DNA of 64,000 bases, from NCBI GenBank assembly GCA_051003155.1, contig JBPCLO010000031.1, positions 132,439 through 196,438 on the forward strand, read 5' to 3'. Shown here piece after piece: positions 50,898-61,407 of this stretch (its first letter is position 1; the number at the start of each line of letters is the position of its first letter). Under the pieces are notes generated by a model. The model made no database searches. It saw nothing but the letters and a program-made list of their open reading frames with translations, and was not told where the DNA came from. The stretch comes from Fimbriimonadales bacterium (GTDB lineage Bacteria; Armatimonadota; Fimbriimonadia; Fimbriimonadales; ATM1). The position numbers and the translations under genes are program-made.

Positions 50898-51034
50898 GAA
50901 GGAAGGAAATGGAGGAGCCTCCCGTCGATCGCTGCTGTGACACTTGGTCTCGCGCCCAGCGTCTGGCCGAACAGCATCGGCAGAGCGAACTCAGACCCGT
51001 GGCTGATCGACAATCACGACCGGCTAGTTCGTAT
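50898..51034 (+). repeat. Second decayed direct copy of the 49443-49635 segment
   Basis: AAGGAAGGAAATGGAGGAG then CGTCGATCGCTGCTGTGAC...CTAGTTCGTAT, with an internal deletion removing the start codon. Confidence 0.85.
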
Positions 51035-51066
51035 TCCCGATTCGGCAGCCGACGGTTACCTGTCAT

Positions 51067-52299
51067 TTAATCAAGGAAGTTCCAACTGACCTTGTCGAGC
51101 CTTGCGAACCATGGGAAGACAAATATGGCGCCGGAGGCTTTGTAGCTAATGCGCGCCTTAACTTCCCGGTTGCCTAGATGGTTCACAAACCTCGAAGGAT
51201 TGGAGGTGATTACAACCGTCACGTTCGAATCTCCCGTCGTGGTCTGGTGCGTATCGACCACCTCGTATTGGCCCGTGACATAGTTGAACAAGGCAATCGA
51301 TTGAAGGATGTTCGTGGATGATGACGACGACTGAAGCGAAAACGTGAGCGACGACACAGTCGTGTCCGGCGAAGTGCCCGTCATGACCAGTTCGATGGGT
51401 GGCTGGCTGTTGGAAAACACGGGGCCGGGTCTGTAAATGAGACGGCTCCCGTCATCCTCATAGAGGCTGATCGTCCAACCTGAATCGAAAATGCCACGGT
51501 TTGCGAAGTAGGCGTTGGGCACAATTCCCATACCCTGTGTGACGTTCAGACCGTCGATCCCGACCGCGTTGCCTGGGGTGGTCCCACCGACAAAATATCT
51601 TATGGCTGTCGGCAAAGGCAATGTACCCAGGCTCCCTCCGGTGAGAAACCAGTCGACAGGCCGTTCTGAGTACGTGGTCCCGGTCGAAAGGTCGGAAAGG
51701 GTGGCGTTTACGATCATATTAGAGTCGAAGTCGATCATTGTCGAAAATCGGAACCAGCGGTTCGCGGGCAGGAAGCGCCATTGCGTGTTGGGGTAAACGT
51801 TTGTGCCGCTCAGGTTGCCGGACGCGTCGGCCACCTCATACCCGTAATGCCAGGAGGTGGTAGACCCACCGGTGGGCCATTCGGCGGTGGCATTGAACGT
51901 TCGGTTCGTCTCGGAGGGCTGCAACGAGAATTTGGCGAGGCTGTTCGTACCGGGTGGCGTGCCGTTGAAGCGGGCGTTCATGTAATAAGAAATGGTCCAG
52001 AAGTCGCTTCCGGCGAAGCTCTGTGGTTTCTGAGCCCTGGCGTGGCCCGAGTTTGTTATGACGACGCCACCGATGAATTGCGACTCGCCGATCGGGTTGG
52101 CCGCAAAGCCGGGGGCATTCCCGCTGTAGGTGTGGACTCGAAAGTCACGCGTTCCCTGGTTCGGGTTAAACCAGCCTTGTTGGCCGGAAAGGACGACGCC
52201 TGCGGCAGAACCCGAATATGCAGGCGGTTCGAATCCATCGGCGTATAGAACATTAGCTGATATTAAGGTGACCAAACAAATAATTGTATTTATCTTCAT
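51067..52299 (-). CDS. Secreted protein with lineage-specific C-terminal module
   Basis: Signal peptide; beta-rich body; C-terminal ~150 aa shared with 21444-21925 and 32095-32431. Confidence 0.8.
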   Translation of the reverse strand: MKINTIICLVTLISANVLYADGFEPPAYSGSAAGVVLSGQQGWFNPNQGTRDFRVHTYSGNAPGFAANPIGESQFIGGVVITNSGHARAQKPQSFAGSDFWTISYYMNARFNGTPPGTNSLAKFSLQPSETNRTFNATAEWPTGGSTTSWHYGYEVADASGNLSGTNVYPNTQWRFLPANRWFRFSTMIDFDSNMIVNATLSDLSTGTTYSERPVDWFLTGGSLGTLPLPTAIRYFVGGTTPGNAVGIDGLNVTQGMGIVPNAYFANRGIFDSGWTISLYEDDGSRLIYRPGPVFSNSQPPIELVMTGTSPDTTVSSLTFSLQSSSSSTNILQSIALFNYVTGQYEVVDTHQTTTGDSNVTVVITSNPSRFVNHLGNREVKARISYKASGAIFVFPWFARLDKVSWNFLD

Positions 52300-52410
52300 A
52301 ATTGTATCTCTGTTGAGTTCATGAGCAAAAGAGAAGTGCCCGTGATACGAAGGGCAGGGTTTTCAGAGCTGTTTTGTAAAACCGACATTTCCTCATCGGA
52401 GCAACACTTT

Positions 52411-53865
52411 ATGAAACAACTTGGACTGCGGCCCGGAAAGAGCGAAGCAGTTTCGCGAAACCGGACAGAACTCAATCAAGCGCCAGGATCCATCGAAGGC
52501 GTTCGGGCCCGCATTTGCGTTGTTGGCAGCGGGTACGTTGGGCTGACCACGGCACTCGTTCTTGCACACATCGGCCACGACGTCGACTGCGTCGACATCG
52601 ATCCGCAAAAGATCAATCTCCTGAATGCCGGGGAGGCGCCCTTCCATGAACCCCTAATACGCCAATTCCTCGAAGCCTGTGCCGGACGTATCAGCTTTTC
52701 AACAGACTATGTAAATGCCGTTGCAAGTGCGGATGTCATCTTTATCGCTGTCGGAACGCCGAACCTGAAAACCGGCAAACCGGATCTGGGAGCATTGAGG
52801 TCAGCCGTTCGGGAGATTGGTCGAAACCTTGGCAACGGCCTCACCATCGTCGTCAATAAATCGACCGCGCCCGTGGGCACGGCGAAGGCGATCTCAGGGA
52901 TGCTGCAACAGGAGCTCTCGGATCGAAACGGAGCCGGGAGCGAAGTGGAGTTTGCGGTTGCGTCTAACCCCGAGTTCCTTCGGCAAGGCTCCGCCATGCG
53001 CGATTCGCTCTATCCCGACCGAATTGTAATTGGCACCGAGGACCCGCGCTGCGCGGTCGTCTTGGAGGCCGTCTACCGCCCGATTATCGACCAGAGCTTT
53101 GCACCCCCCGAGTTTGCGCCAAGGCCCGAAGGCCAAAATGCCGTTCCATATATCGTTACTGCTCCCGCATCTGCAGAGATGATCAAGTACTCGGCGAACG
53201 CGTTTCTTGCGTTAAAGATCAGCTTTATCAACGAGATCGCAGAAATGGCGGAAATGGTTGGAGCGGACGTGACGGAGATTTCCGCCGCGATCGGCCTGGA
53301 TCCAAGGATCGGCCCAGACTTTCTTGGGGCGGGTGTCGGATGGGGCGGGTCGTGCTTCGGGAAGGACACGCTGGCGCTCGTGGCTTCCGGTGAGGACCTT
53401 GGGCTGGACATGAGGATCACGAGGGCGGCTAGAGACGTCAACGATCACCAGCGGGGGCGCCTCGTCGATAAGGTCGAAGCTGAGTTAGGTGGCTTGGACG
53501 GCAAGCGCGTCGCGCTGTTGGGCCTCGCTTTCAAACCGAACACCGACGACCTCCGAGACAGCCCGGCGCTCGACCTTGCGAAAAGACTTGAGTTGAAAGG
53601 AGCTACCGTCGTCGGATACGACCCTGCAGTGCCCGAGTGGCGCCTCGCCGAGGAACCGTCCCTCGCCTACGCAGGGGCCGCCAAGGAAGCCTTGGCAGAC
53701 GCCGACGCCGCCGTCTTGGTTACGGATTGGCTTGAATTTAAGGCGCTTCCTTGGAAGGACCTGGGCGCCGCGATGGCGCAGCCATTGATTTTCGATGCGA
53801 GGAACTTTCTCGACCGCGAAGAGTTGGAGAATGGCGGGTTCAGATATCACGGAGTGGGCAGATAA
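52411..53865 (+). CDS. ugd: UDP-glucose/GDP-mannose dehydrogenase (start uncertain)
   Basis: GSGYVG, NKST, SNPEFLRQG, GWGGSCFGKD, LAFKPNTDDLRDSP. Confidence 0.95.
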   Translation: MKQLGLRPGKSEAVSRNRTELNQAPGSIEGVRARICVVGSGYVGLTTALVLAHIGHDVDCVDIDPQKINLLNAGEAPFHEPLIRQFLEACAGRISFSTDYVNAVASADVIFIAVGTPNLKTGKPDLGALRSAVREIGRNLGNGLTIVVNKSTAPVGTAKAISGMLQQELSDRNGAGSEVEFAVASNPEFLRQGSAMRDSLYPDRIVIGTEDPRCAVVLEAVYRPIIDQSFAPPEFAPRPEGQNAVPYIVTAPASAEMIKYSANAFLALKISFINEIAEMAEMVGADVTEISAAIGLDPRIGPDFLGAGVGWGGSCFGKDTLALVASGEDLGLDMRITRAARDVNDHQRGRLVDKVEAELGGLDGKRVALLGLAFKPNTDDLRDSPALDLAKRLELKGATVVGYDPAVPEWRLAEEPSLAYAGAAKEALADADAAVLVTDWLEFKALPWKDLGAAMAQPLIFDARNFLDREELENGGFRYHGVGR

Positions 53866-55068
53866 ATGGGGATAAGCCAGAGTCTATTTGGCGAGTGCAG
53901 GGCCGCGCTCTATTCCCATGACACGATGGGCCTTGGCCACATGCGGCGCAACCTGATGATCGCGCAATGTCTTACGGGGGCCGAGCCGCATCCGTCGATC
54001 CTTATGATCGCCGGAGCAGCGGAGATTGGCGCCTTCGCCCGGCCCAAAAGGGTCGATCTGCTATCGCTGCCTTCGTATAAAAAGGATTCCGACGGATATT
54101 CCTCTCGAAGCCTCGATCTTAACCTGGGTGATCTTGTCAATTTACGCAGCCAAACGATGCTTGCGGCTCTCGACGCGCTAGAACCCGATCTTCTGCTGAT
54201 CGACAAGGTGCCCGGCGGCGCTTGCGGCGAGCTCCTTCCCTCGCTGGTGAACTTGCGGCGCCGCGGCCGCACCAAGATCGTCCTCGGCTTGAGGGATGTG
54301 CTCGATGAGCCCGAGGCTGTGTGTTCGGATTGGGAACGAGACAACTGCGACGAGCTGATCGAAAGGTTCTTCCACGAGATCTGGGTCTACGGCGACCCAA
54401 AAGTTTACGATCCAGTGCTCGAGTACGGCTTTCCCGAAACCACGACGCGCAAGATTCGTTACACAGGCTATCTCGATCCGATCGCCGCAAGGCCGACCTA
54501 TAAGAAAAAGGGGCCGACTTTCGATCCGCCGTATGTTCTTTGCATGGTGGGTGGCGGCCAAGACGGCGCGAAACTGGCACATGCTTTTGCAGATGCGGAC
54601 TACGGCGCCGGGATACAGGGCGTTATTGTAACCGGTCCCTTCATGCCGCGGGCGGACAGGCGTCACCTCGAAGCAGTTGCCAAGGGGCGGGATGATCTGA
54701 CGGTGCTGAAATTCACCGAGACGACGCAGCTCCTGCTCGATGCAGACAAGGTGGTAGCCATGGGAGGATACAACTCGGTTTGCGAAATACTGTCCGCCAG
54801 AAAAGATGCCCTTATCGTGCCACGCGTGGAGCCGAGGCGCGAGCAGATCATTCGCGCTGAAAGACTTCGGGACCTTGGCTTAATCGACATGCTCGAGCCT
54901 TGCGCACTGAACTCGGAGGCTTTGGGCGACTGGCTGAAAAAGCCCGCCGCGACGCGGAGCGGCGAAATCAGACTGGAAGGAAACGGGGCGCTGCCTATGC
55001 TGATGTGCGATCTTATCGGGCGCGGTTGCGCAGAGGAGCCACGGAGAGGATTTGCGAGTGGAATTTAA
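53866..55068 (+). CDS. Predicted GT-B glycosyltransferase (COG4671-like)
   Basis: YSHDTMGLGHMRRN, VGGGQDG, MGGYNSVCE, REQIIRA. Confidence 0.88.
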   Translation: MGISQSLFGECRAALYSHDTMGLGHMRRNLMIAQCLTGAEPHPSILMIAGAAEIGAFARPKRVDLLSLPSYKKDSDGYSSRSLDLNLGDLVNLRSQTMLAALDALEPDLLLIDKVPGGACGELLPSLVNLRRRGRTKIVLGLRDVLDEPEAVCSDWERDNCDELIERFFHEIWVYGDPKVYDPVLEYGFPETTTRKIRYTGYLDPIAARPTYKKKGPTFDPPYVLCMVGGGQDGAKLAHAFADADYGAGIQGVIVTGPFMPRADRRHLEAVAKGRDDLTVLKFTETTQLLLDADKVVAMGGYNSVCEILSARKDALIVPRVEPRREQIIRAERLRDLGLIDMLEPCALNSEALGDWLKKPAATRSGEIRLEGNGALPMLMCDLIGRGCAEEPRRGFASGI

Positions 55069-56278
55069 TGTCAGGAAGATAGCCTACGTCGTTAAGCGGT
55101 ACCCGAGATTCTCGGAGACCTTCATTGTCAATGAGATCCTTGAACACGAACGAGCAGGCGTTCCGATCGAAATATTCTCTATCCGGCCACCTATCGATAC
55201 CCACTTTCAGGATGTTATCGGCCGCGTTCGGGCTCCTGTCACGTACATTAACTCCGCGAGTATCAGGGCTTTCGAGCTTTGGGATACGATGCGCACGTGC
55301 GCAGGCTTCTCGCCCGCGATCTGGGAGCACCTCTCGCAGTGCAACGAGACTGCGCTCGACGTTTATCAGGGGTCGGAACTGGCTCGGCTCTGCCATGTAC
55401 GCGGAATCACGCATATCCACGCACACTTTGCTTCTGCCGCAACGACTGTGGCCCGCCTCGCCTCAAAATTCACCGGAATCCCGTACACATTTACGGCGCA
55501 CGCCAAGGACATATTTCACGAAACCGTCGACCCCGAAGATCTATCAAGAAAAATCGCGGACGCGTCGGCCGTTGTGACCGTGAGTGATTTCAACTTGGAT
55601 CACTTGAACGAGACCTTCGGCAAGACAGCCATAAACGTCAAACGGATCTACAATGGTATCGACCTCGATCGATTTCCATACTCTGCACCCGAGGACCGCG
55701 CTCCGACAATCGTTTCGGTCGGACGCCTTGTCGAGAAGAAGGGCCTGTCCGATCTTGTGGACGCCTGTTCGATCCTGAAGGGACGCGGTGTCGACTTCTC
55801 CTGCCGCATCGTTGGCACGGGTGAACTGGAGCAGCCGCTCCGGGAGCAGATCCTTTCGTTGAACCTCGGCGACTGGGTAAGCCTCGATGGACCTCGCCCC
55901 CAAGGGGAAGTCGCCGAATTAGTCCAATCCGCGTCTGTATTGGCTGCGCCGTGCGTGGTAGGACGAGACGGCAATCGTGATGGTTTGCCGACCGTGCTAC
56001 TCGAAGCCATGGCGCTGGGTACCCCGTGTGTCTCGACTGACGTTACGGGAATACCGGAGGTTGTTCGCCACGGAGAAACGGGATCGATTGTGGGGCAACA
56101 CAGGCCCCAGGAATTGGCGGACTCCCTTGCCGATCTGCTCGCTAGACCAAAACTTCGGATGGACCTTGCCGCCGCGGCGAGGAGGCTGATTGAAGAGGAG
56201 TTCGACATAGTAAAAAACACCGTCAAACAGCGAGACCTCTTCGCGGCAGCACCGGTTTCTGCGGGAGCGATCACCTGA
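55052..56278 (+). CDS. GT4 glycosyltransferase (WcaL-like)
   Basis: YPRFSETFI.NEI, VGRLVEKKG, DGLPTVLLEAMALG. Confidence 0.92.
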   Translation: MRVEFNVRKIAYVVKRYPRFSETFIVNEILEHERAGVPIEIFSIRPPIDTHFQDVIGRVRAPVTYINSASIRAFELWDTMRTCAGFSPAIWEHLSQCNETALDVYQGSELARLCHVRGITHIHAHFASAATTVARLASKFTGIPYTFTAHAKDIFHETVDPEDLSRKIADASAVVTVSDFNLDHLNETFGKTAINVKRIYNGIDLDRFPYSAPEDRAPTIVSVGRLVEKKGLSDLVDACSILKGRGVDFSCRIVGTGELEQPLREQILSLNLGDWVSLDGPRPQGEVAELVQSASVLAAPCVVGRDGNRDGLPTVLLEAMALGTPCVSTDVTGIPEVVRHGETGSIVGQHRPQELADSLADLLARPKLRMDLAAAARRLIEEEFDIVKNTVKQRDLFAAAPVSAGAIT

Positions 56279-57429
56279 TGCGGGTCGCCTTCGTGAACTG
56301 CGACCCAGGTGTGCCTGTCTTTGGCATGAAAGGAGCTTCGGTTCACGTTCAGGAAGTGATCCGCGCGATGCTGAATCAAGGCGCGTCCGTAAACCTCTTG
56401 GCAGCGAACATCGGTGGAGAGCGTCCGCCCGAACTGTCTTCCGTTGCGTTGCACCCCCTTCCCACATTGCCCAAAGGCGACGCCGAGGAGCGTGAGAGGC
56501 TAGCCATCGAGTCCAACGGGGCCATCTCCGATCTGCTTCGCCGAAACGGACCATTCGACCTCGTCTATGAACGGCATTCGCTTTGGAGTTACTCCGCGAT
56601 GGAATTTGCGAAAGAGGCTGATGTGCCAGGCTTCCTGGAGGTCAATGCTCCTTTGATCGCGGAGCAGGCGCAACACCGAAGTCTGTTCGACGTGGGCTCG
56701 GCGAACCGCGTCGCTGCGAGTGCATTTGGCGCCGCGACCCAGGTGTTCGCTGTTTCGGAGCCCGTCGCAGACTACGTTCGATCGTTCGCTCCGGGCGCCA
56801 AGGTAACGGTTCAACCCAACGGGGTCGATCCTTCCCGTTTTCCGTCGTCCACCGCTCCGAGCCATCCTTCCCCGCAGTTCACCGTCGGTTTCTTGGGCAC
56901 CCTTAAGCCATGGCACGGCCTCGACGTTCTGATCGATGCGTTCGGCCTCCTGCACAAGCGTCGCCCAAAGAGCCGCCTTTTGGTCGTCGGCGATGGGCCT
57001 GAACGAGGACGGAGTGCGCAGGTGATCAAAGACAAGGGCTTGCTCGATGATGTTGTCTTCGTCGGGGCTTGCCTCCCGGCCGATGTTCCGGGCTGCTTGG
57101 CGTCGATGGACGTCGCGGTTGCCTCGAATTTGGACTGCCCCGGGTTCTACTTCTCGCCGTTGAAGGTTTACGAGTACATGGCAGCCGGGCTGCCTGTTGT
57201 GGTGAGCGCGGTTGGCGAACTTCGCGAGCTCATTGTGGACGGCGAGAATGGCTTTCTCTACCCAGCCGGAGATGCCGAGGCGCTTGCCGCGATCCTCGAG
57301 AAACTATATTCGGAGCCGGAGACCAGAACTCGCGTCGGTGCTGCCGGGCGGCGCACCGTCCAGGAAGGTCACACGTGGGAATCGATAGTCAGGCGGATCC
57401 TCGATAGCGCTCAAAAGACGGTGACATGA
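56278..57429 (+). CDS. GT4 glycosyltransferase
   Basis: LEVNAPL, LKPWHG, FYFSPLKVYEYMAAG. Confidence 0.92.
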   Translation: MRVAFVNCDPGVPVFGMKGASVHVQEVIRAMLNQGASVNLLAANIGGERPPELSSVALHPLPTLPKGDAEERERLAIESNGAISDLLRRNGPFDLVYERHSLWSYSAMEFAKEADVPGFLEVNAPLIAEQAQHRSLFDVGSANRVAASAFGAATQVFAVSEPVADYVRSFAPGAKVTVQPNGVDPSRFPSSTAPSHPSPQFTVGFLGTLKPWHGLDVLIDAFGLLHKRRPKSRLLVVGDGPERGRSAQVIKDKGLLDDVVFVGACLPADVPGCLASMDVAVASNLDCPGFYFSPLKVYEYMAAGLPVVVSAVGELRELIVDGENGFLYPAGDAEALAAILEKLYSEPETRTRVGAAGRRTVQEGHTWESIVRRILDSAQKTVT

Positions 57430-59246
57430 GCAGGCCGGACAACCTGCGCGAGTCGCTGCCGAGCCTGTCCAAAATCGTGCGCCGGTTTTGGCCCTACATT
57501 CGCAAACAGCGGGGCCTAGTGGCCGGCTCGATCCTCGCGATTATTGGCAGCACCGTGCTTCGCTTGCTGGAGCCATGGCCCCTGAAGTTCGTTTTCGATG
57601 CGATCTTGGGCCCGTATTTGAGTGAAACCGGTTCGCCGGGCGTCCAGGTCTACAACTTGCTGGCGCTGGCTGCCGTCGCCGTTGTTGTCATCACGGGATT
57701 GCGCGCTGCGGCCGACTTTGTCAGCAGGATCGGTTTTGCAATCATCGGAAACCGTGTGCTGACACAGGTGCGCGAGGAGCTATACCGTCATCTGCAGAAG
57801 CTCTCGCTATCTTTTCACAACAAGTCCCGAAGCGGAGACATGGTCGTCCGGGTGATCGGTGACGTGAACATGCTCAAGGACGTCGCGGCTTCGGCGTTCC
57901 TGCCCCTTATCGGCAGCGTCCTCGTCGTCGCGGGAATGGTCGGACTTATGGTCTGGCTAGAGTGGCGGCTCGCCCTGCTTTCCTTCGCGATGCTGCCGCT
58001 GTTCTGGTTGTTCGCCTCCAGGATCGGGCGTCGCATTCAAGACGTTGCGAAAAAACAGAGGCGTCGCGAGGGCGCGATGGCTTCGACAGCGGCCGAGACC
58101 CTGGGGGCCATCAGGACCGTGCAGGCTCTCTCTTTGGAAGATGCCTTCGCAGATTCCTTTTCGGCGCGGAACAGGGAGAGCCAAAGCGAGGACGTCAAGG
58201 GAGCACGCCTGGCGGCCGTACTGGAGCGCAGCGTGGATATTCTGATCGCCATCGCGACGGCCGGCGTCCTCTATTTCGGCGCGGCCCTGGTGCTGCGACG
58301 CGAGATGACCCCAGGCGAATTGCTCGTCTTTCTCACCTATCTTAGGCGTCTGTTCAACCCTCTGCAGGACTTCGCCAAGTACACGAGCCGGCTCGCGAAG
58401 GCTTCGGCGGCGGCCGACCGAGTTCTCGAAGTGCTGGACTCAGAGCCCGACGTTCGCGATTCGGCTGCTGCGGTGGCCGCGCCGCCGCTGAGGGGCGAAA
58501 TCTCCTTCGATAAAGTGAGTTTTTCGTACGGCGGTGGCATAGACGTTCTGAAAGATATCGATTTGAAGGTCGCTCCGGGCCAGCGCGTTGCGCTCGTCGG
58601 CGAATCGGGTATCGGCAAGTCCACCCTTGCCAGCCTTGTGCTACGGCTTTACGATCCGACCGAAGGGAGGGTGCTCATCGACGGACGCGACGTCCGCGAT
58701 TACACCCTTGCTTCCCTGCGAGAGCAGATTAGCGTCGTCTTACAAGACAGCCTGCTCTTCGCGGCGACGATTCGTGAAAATATCGATTTTGGAAGCCCGG
58801 GGGCGAGCGATGAGGAGATCGAGGCTGCTGCCAAGCTTGCCAATGCTCACGAGTTTATCACCCGCATGCCGCAGGGGTACGACTCGGTCGTCGGCGAGCG
58901 CGGCGTAACTCTGTCCAGCGGGCAGAAGCAGCGAATCGCGATCGCGAGGGCGGCGGTGCGTAGAGCGCCTATAGTAATCTTGGACGAGCCGACGACGGGC
59001 CTCGACGAGGAAAACGAGCGCGACGTTGGAACCGCGCTATCTCATTTGGCCGAAGGCCGTACGACTTTCGTGATCACGCACGCGCTCAAGCACGCGGCTG
59101 AGGCCGACTTGGTCGTTTACTTAGAAGGCGGCAGGATTGCCGAAGCGGGCACACATCAGGATTTGATGCGAACGCGGGGCCGTTATGCTGCCCTATACGA
59201 CCTGCAAAATTCTTCGTTCAGGAGGCTGGATGTTATCGGCGGTTGA
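57426..59246 (+). CDS. ABC exporter, fused TMD-NBD (MsbA-like)
   Basis: Walker A GESGIGKST, LSSGQKQR, ILDEPT; N-terminal TM helices. Confidence 0.95.
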   Translation: MSRPDNLRESLPSLSKIVRRFWPYIRKQRGLVAGSILAIIGSTVLRLLEPWPLKFVFDAILGPYLSETGSPGVQVYNLLALAAVAVVVITGLRAAADFVSRIGFAIIGNRVLTQVREELYRHLQKLSLSFHNKSRSGDMVVRVIGDVNMLKDVAASAFLPLIGSVLVVAGMVGLMVWLEWRLALLSFAMLPLFWLFASRIGRRIQDVAKKQRRREGAMASTAAETLGAIRTVQALSLEDAFADSFSARNRESQSEDVKGARLAAVLERSVDILIAIATAGVLYFGAALVLRREMTPGELLVFLTYLRRLFNPLQDFAKYTSRLAKASAAADRVLEVLDSEPDVRDSAAAVAAPPLRGEISFDKVSFSYGGGIDVLKDIDLKVAPGQRVALVGESGIGKSTLASLVLRLYDPTEGRVLIDGRDVRDYTLASLREQISVVLQDSLLFAATIRENIDFGSPGASDEEIEAAAKLANAHEFITRMPQGYDSVVGERGVTLSSGQKQRIAIARAAVRRAPIVILDEPTTGLDEENERDVGTALSHLAEGRTTFVITHALKHAAEADLVVYLEGGRIAEAGTHQDLMRTRGRYAALYDLQNSSFRRLDVIGG

Positions 59247-61407
59247 GCGCCGACTCGTCGACCGCGATCCAGAGATCGCCGCCCTGGTCATGCTCCTGGA
59301 TGCCGAGGCCTTCGGAACGTGGCTCGGCAATGCAATCCAACGCAATGAAATCTCCGCCGAGCTTTCCTACATTCGCTACAAACCCGGCTCGAACTGCCTG
59401 GTCGCCTACAAGGTGCGGGCGGGCGACGAGGAAAGCGTTTTCTACGCCAAGGCCGGGACGGCGGAGGATTGGGAGAAGCTGCGAAAGGCGAAACTCAAGC
59501 GTTGGACACGAGGCAAGTTCGGCTCGACCTATCTCCTCGGGCGGGATGCGCCATTTTGCGTGTGGGAATTTCCCAATGACGGAAATATTAAATCGCTAGC
59601 GCGATTTTCGCGCGATCCCAATGCGATTAATTTCGCTCCCCACGATTTTTCTCAGCTTGAGTTTCGTGCCCTTTCCTATAAACCGGAGCGCAGATATGTA
59701 TGCGCAGCTTTCGACCACGGAGTGCCGAAGACGGTTATCAAACTTTACGCAGACGACCAATTCGAGGACGCCAAGAATAATGCGAAAGCCCTCTCGCAGT
59801 ACGGCCGCATACGTGTGCCACAGATTCTGGCGCGCTCCAACCGGCGTCGCGCCGTTGCGTTCGAGTGGTTGGACGGCGACTTGCTTAAAAATTTGATTTC
59901 GACGGGCGACTGGGAGGCCTCCTGCCGCAGGGCAGGGCGCACCATCGCCAACATGCATTCACGCAAAGCGCCGCCCTTGAGACTACTAACGAGAGAAGAG
60001 GAATGCCTGTCTTTGACCGCCGTGGCCGAGTTCATCGCGGCTGTGCATCCTGATATGGGCGACAGAACGATATCGCTGGCCAAAAACCTCTCCGCTCGAA
60101 TTTCCGAGAGGCCACAGTTGACCCGGCCGATACACGGCGATTTTTCCGCGAAGCAAATAGTGGACGATGGCCAGCGATCAGGCATTCTGGATTTTGATCG
60201 CTCTCGACGCGGCGACCCTGCGTCGGACCTTGGCCTATTTCTTGCGGACTTTAAACGGGACGCACTTTTGTTCGACGACAATGCTGGGGACGGTGTCGAA
60301 GACGCCATGCTCTCCGGCTATCGCGAGGAGGCGGCGCTCCCAGAAGGCATCGAGTTGTATACGGCAGTCGGCATGCTTCGGATAATGCCGGATTCATTTA
60401 AGTCTTTCCGGCCCGGCTGGGAAACGGAGGTGGAACAATTGTTGCGCCTCGCCGAGAAAACCGCAAACCGTCCACGAACGCCCGTCATCGATCCCGCTAT
60501 GCCCTACTTGGAAGCGGCACTGGACTCTTCTGAGGCGCTACCCGTTCTAAAACGTGCGCTCAAAGACGATGGCCTGAAGTGGGAGCAAGCAAGTATTATT
60601 CGGCACAAACCCGGGCGACGATGTCTGATTCGGTACCGGCTGAACGGGCGCGAGCTTATCGGAAAAATTCGGGCGAAAGGGGTCGACCGGGAGATGCTCG
60701 CGCATTATGAGGAAATATATCGACGAACTTCAGGGGGCGGACCGTTCCGTGTTTCCCGCCCGCTTGGCATTGTTCCCGAGTACAGGATGTGGCTGCAGGA
60801 TGCCCTGGATGGTGCGTCTGCCGGCGATTCGATCACACCGGCTTCGACGGCGATAGCCGAACGAATAGCCCGCGGTCTTCACGCGCTGCACCAGCTCGGA
60901 ATTGAGGCGTGCCGCACGCATACGGTTGCGGACGAACTCGATATTCTCGAAAAGCGCTTGGCGTTGCTGCCGGGTTCATCGACGCTACTATCACGATGCA
61001 AAGCGGGGGCACAGACGCTCGACGAACCCGCGGTGACGGGCATCCACAGGGACTTTTATCACGACCAAGTGTTGTCCCACGGTGATGAGTTGTATTTTCT
61101 CGATTTCGACCTTTTCTCCATGGGCGATCCCGCGCTTGATGTCGGAAACTTCCTCGCGCATCTCACCGAGTTGTCGCTGCGACGATTCGGCGACCCGTCT
61201 GCGCTCTCTGAAATAGAGCATTCGTTCATTGAAGAATATGTTGCCTATGCCGGCGAGCGAGTTCGCAACAATATCGCAATCTATAGGCTGCTCAGCCTCG
61301 CTCGCTTAGCACAAATCAGCACTCTACACGCGAATCGCCAGAAATCGACCTCCGACTTAATCGATCTATGTGATCGGCTTATCCTCCATGAAACGATACA
61401 AACATGA
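59230..61407 (+). CDS. Tandem two-domain APH/choline-kinase-like phosphotransferase
   Basis: Two units with (Y/H)KP..R/NC, IHGDFSAKQ...LDFD..GDPA.D and IHRDFYHDQ...LDFD..GDPA.D. Confidence 0.88.
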   Translation: MLSAVERRLVDRDPEIAALVMLLDAEAFGTWLGNAIQRNEISAELSYIRYKPGSNCLVAYKVRAGDEESVFYAKAGTAEDWEKLRKAKLKRWTRGKFGSTYLLGRDAPFCVWEFPNDGNIKSLARFSRDPNAINFAPHDFSQLEFRALSYKPERRYVCAAFDHGVPKTVIKLYADDQFEDAKNNAKALSQYGRIRVPQILARSNRRRAVAFEWLDGDLLKNLISTGDWEASCRRAGRTIANMHSRKAPPLRLLTREEECLSLTAVAEFIAAVHPDMGDRTISLAKNLSARISERPQLTRPIHGDFSAKQIVDDGQRSGILDFDRSRRGDPASDLGLFLADFKRDALLFDDNAGDGVEDAMLSGYREEAALPEGIELYTAVGMLRIMPDSFKSFRPGWETEVEQLLRLAEKTANRPRTPVIDPAMPYLEAALDSSEALPVLKRALKDDGLKWEQASIIRHKPGRRCLIRYRLNGRELIGKIRAKGVDREMLAHYEEIYRRTSGGGPFRVSRPLGIVPEYRMWLQDALDGASAGDSITPASTAIAERIARGLHALHQLGIEACRTHTVADELDILEKRLALLPGSSTLLSRCKAGAQTLDEPAVTGIHRDFYHDQVLSHGDELYFLDFDLFSMGDPALDVGNFLAHLTELSLRRFGDPSALSEIEHSFIEEYVAYAGERVRNNIAIYRLLSLARLAQISTLHANRQKSTSDLIDLCDRLILHETIQT

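Noticed and set aside
59230..61407. Aminoglycoside resistance gene
   Set aside because: The fold is APH-like, but the tandem architecture and biosynthetic operon context argue for a pathway kinase.
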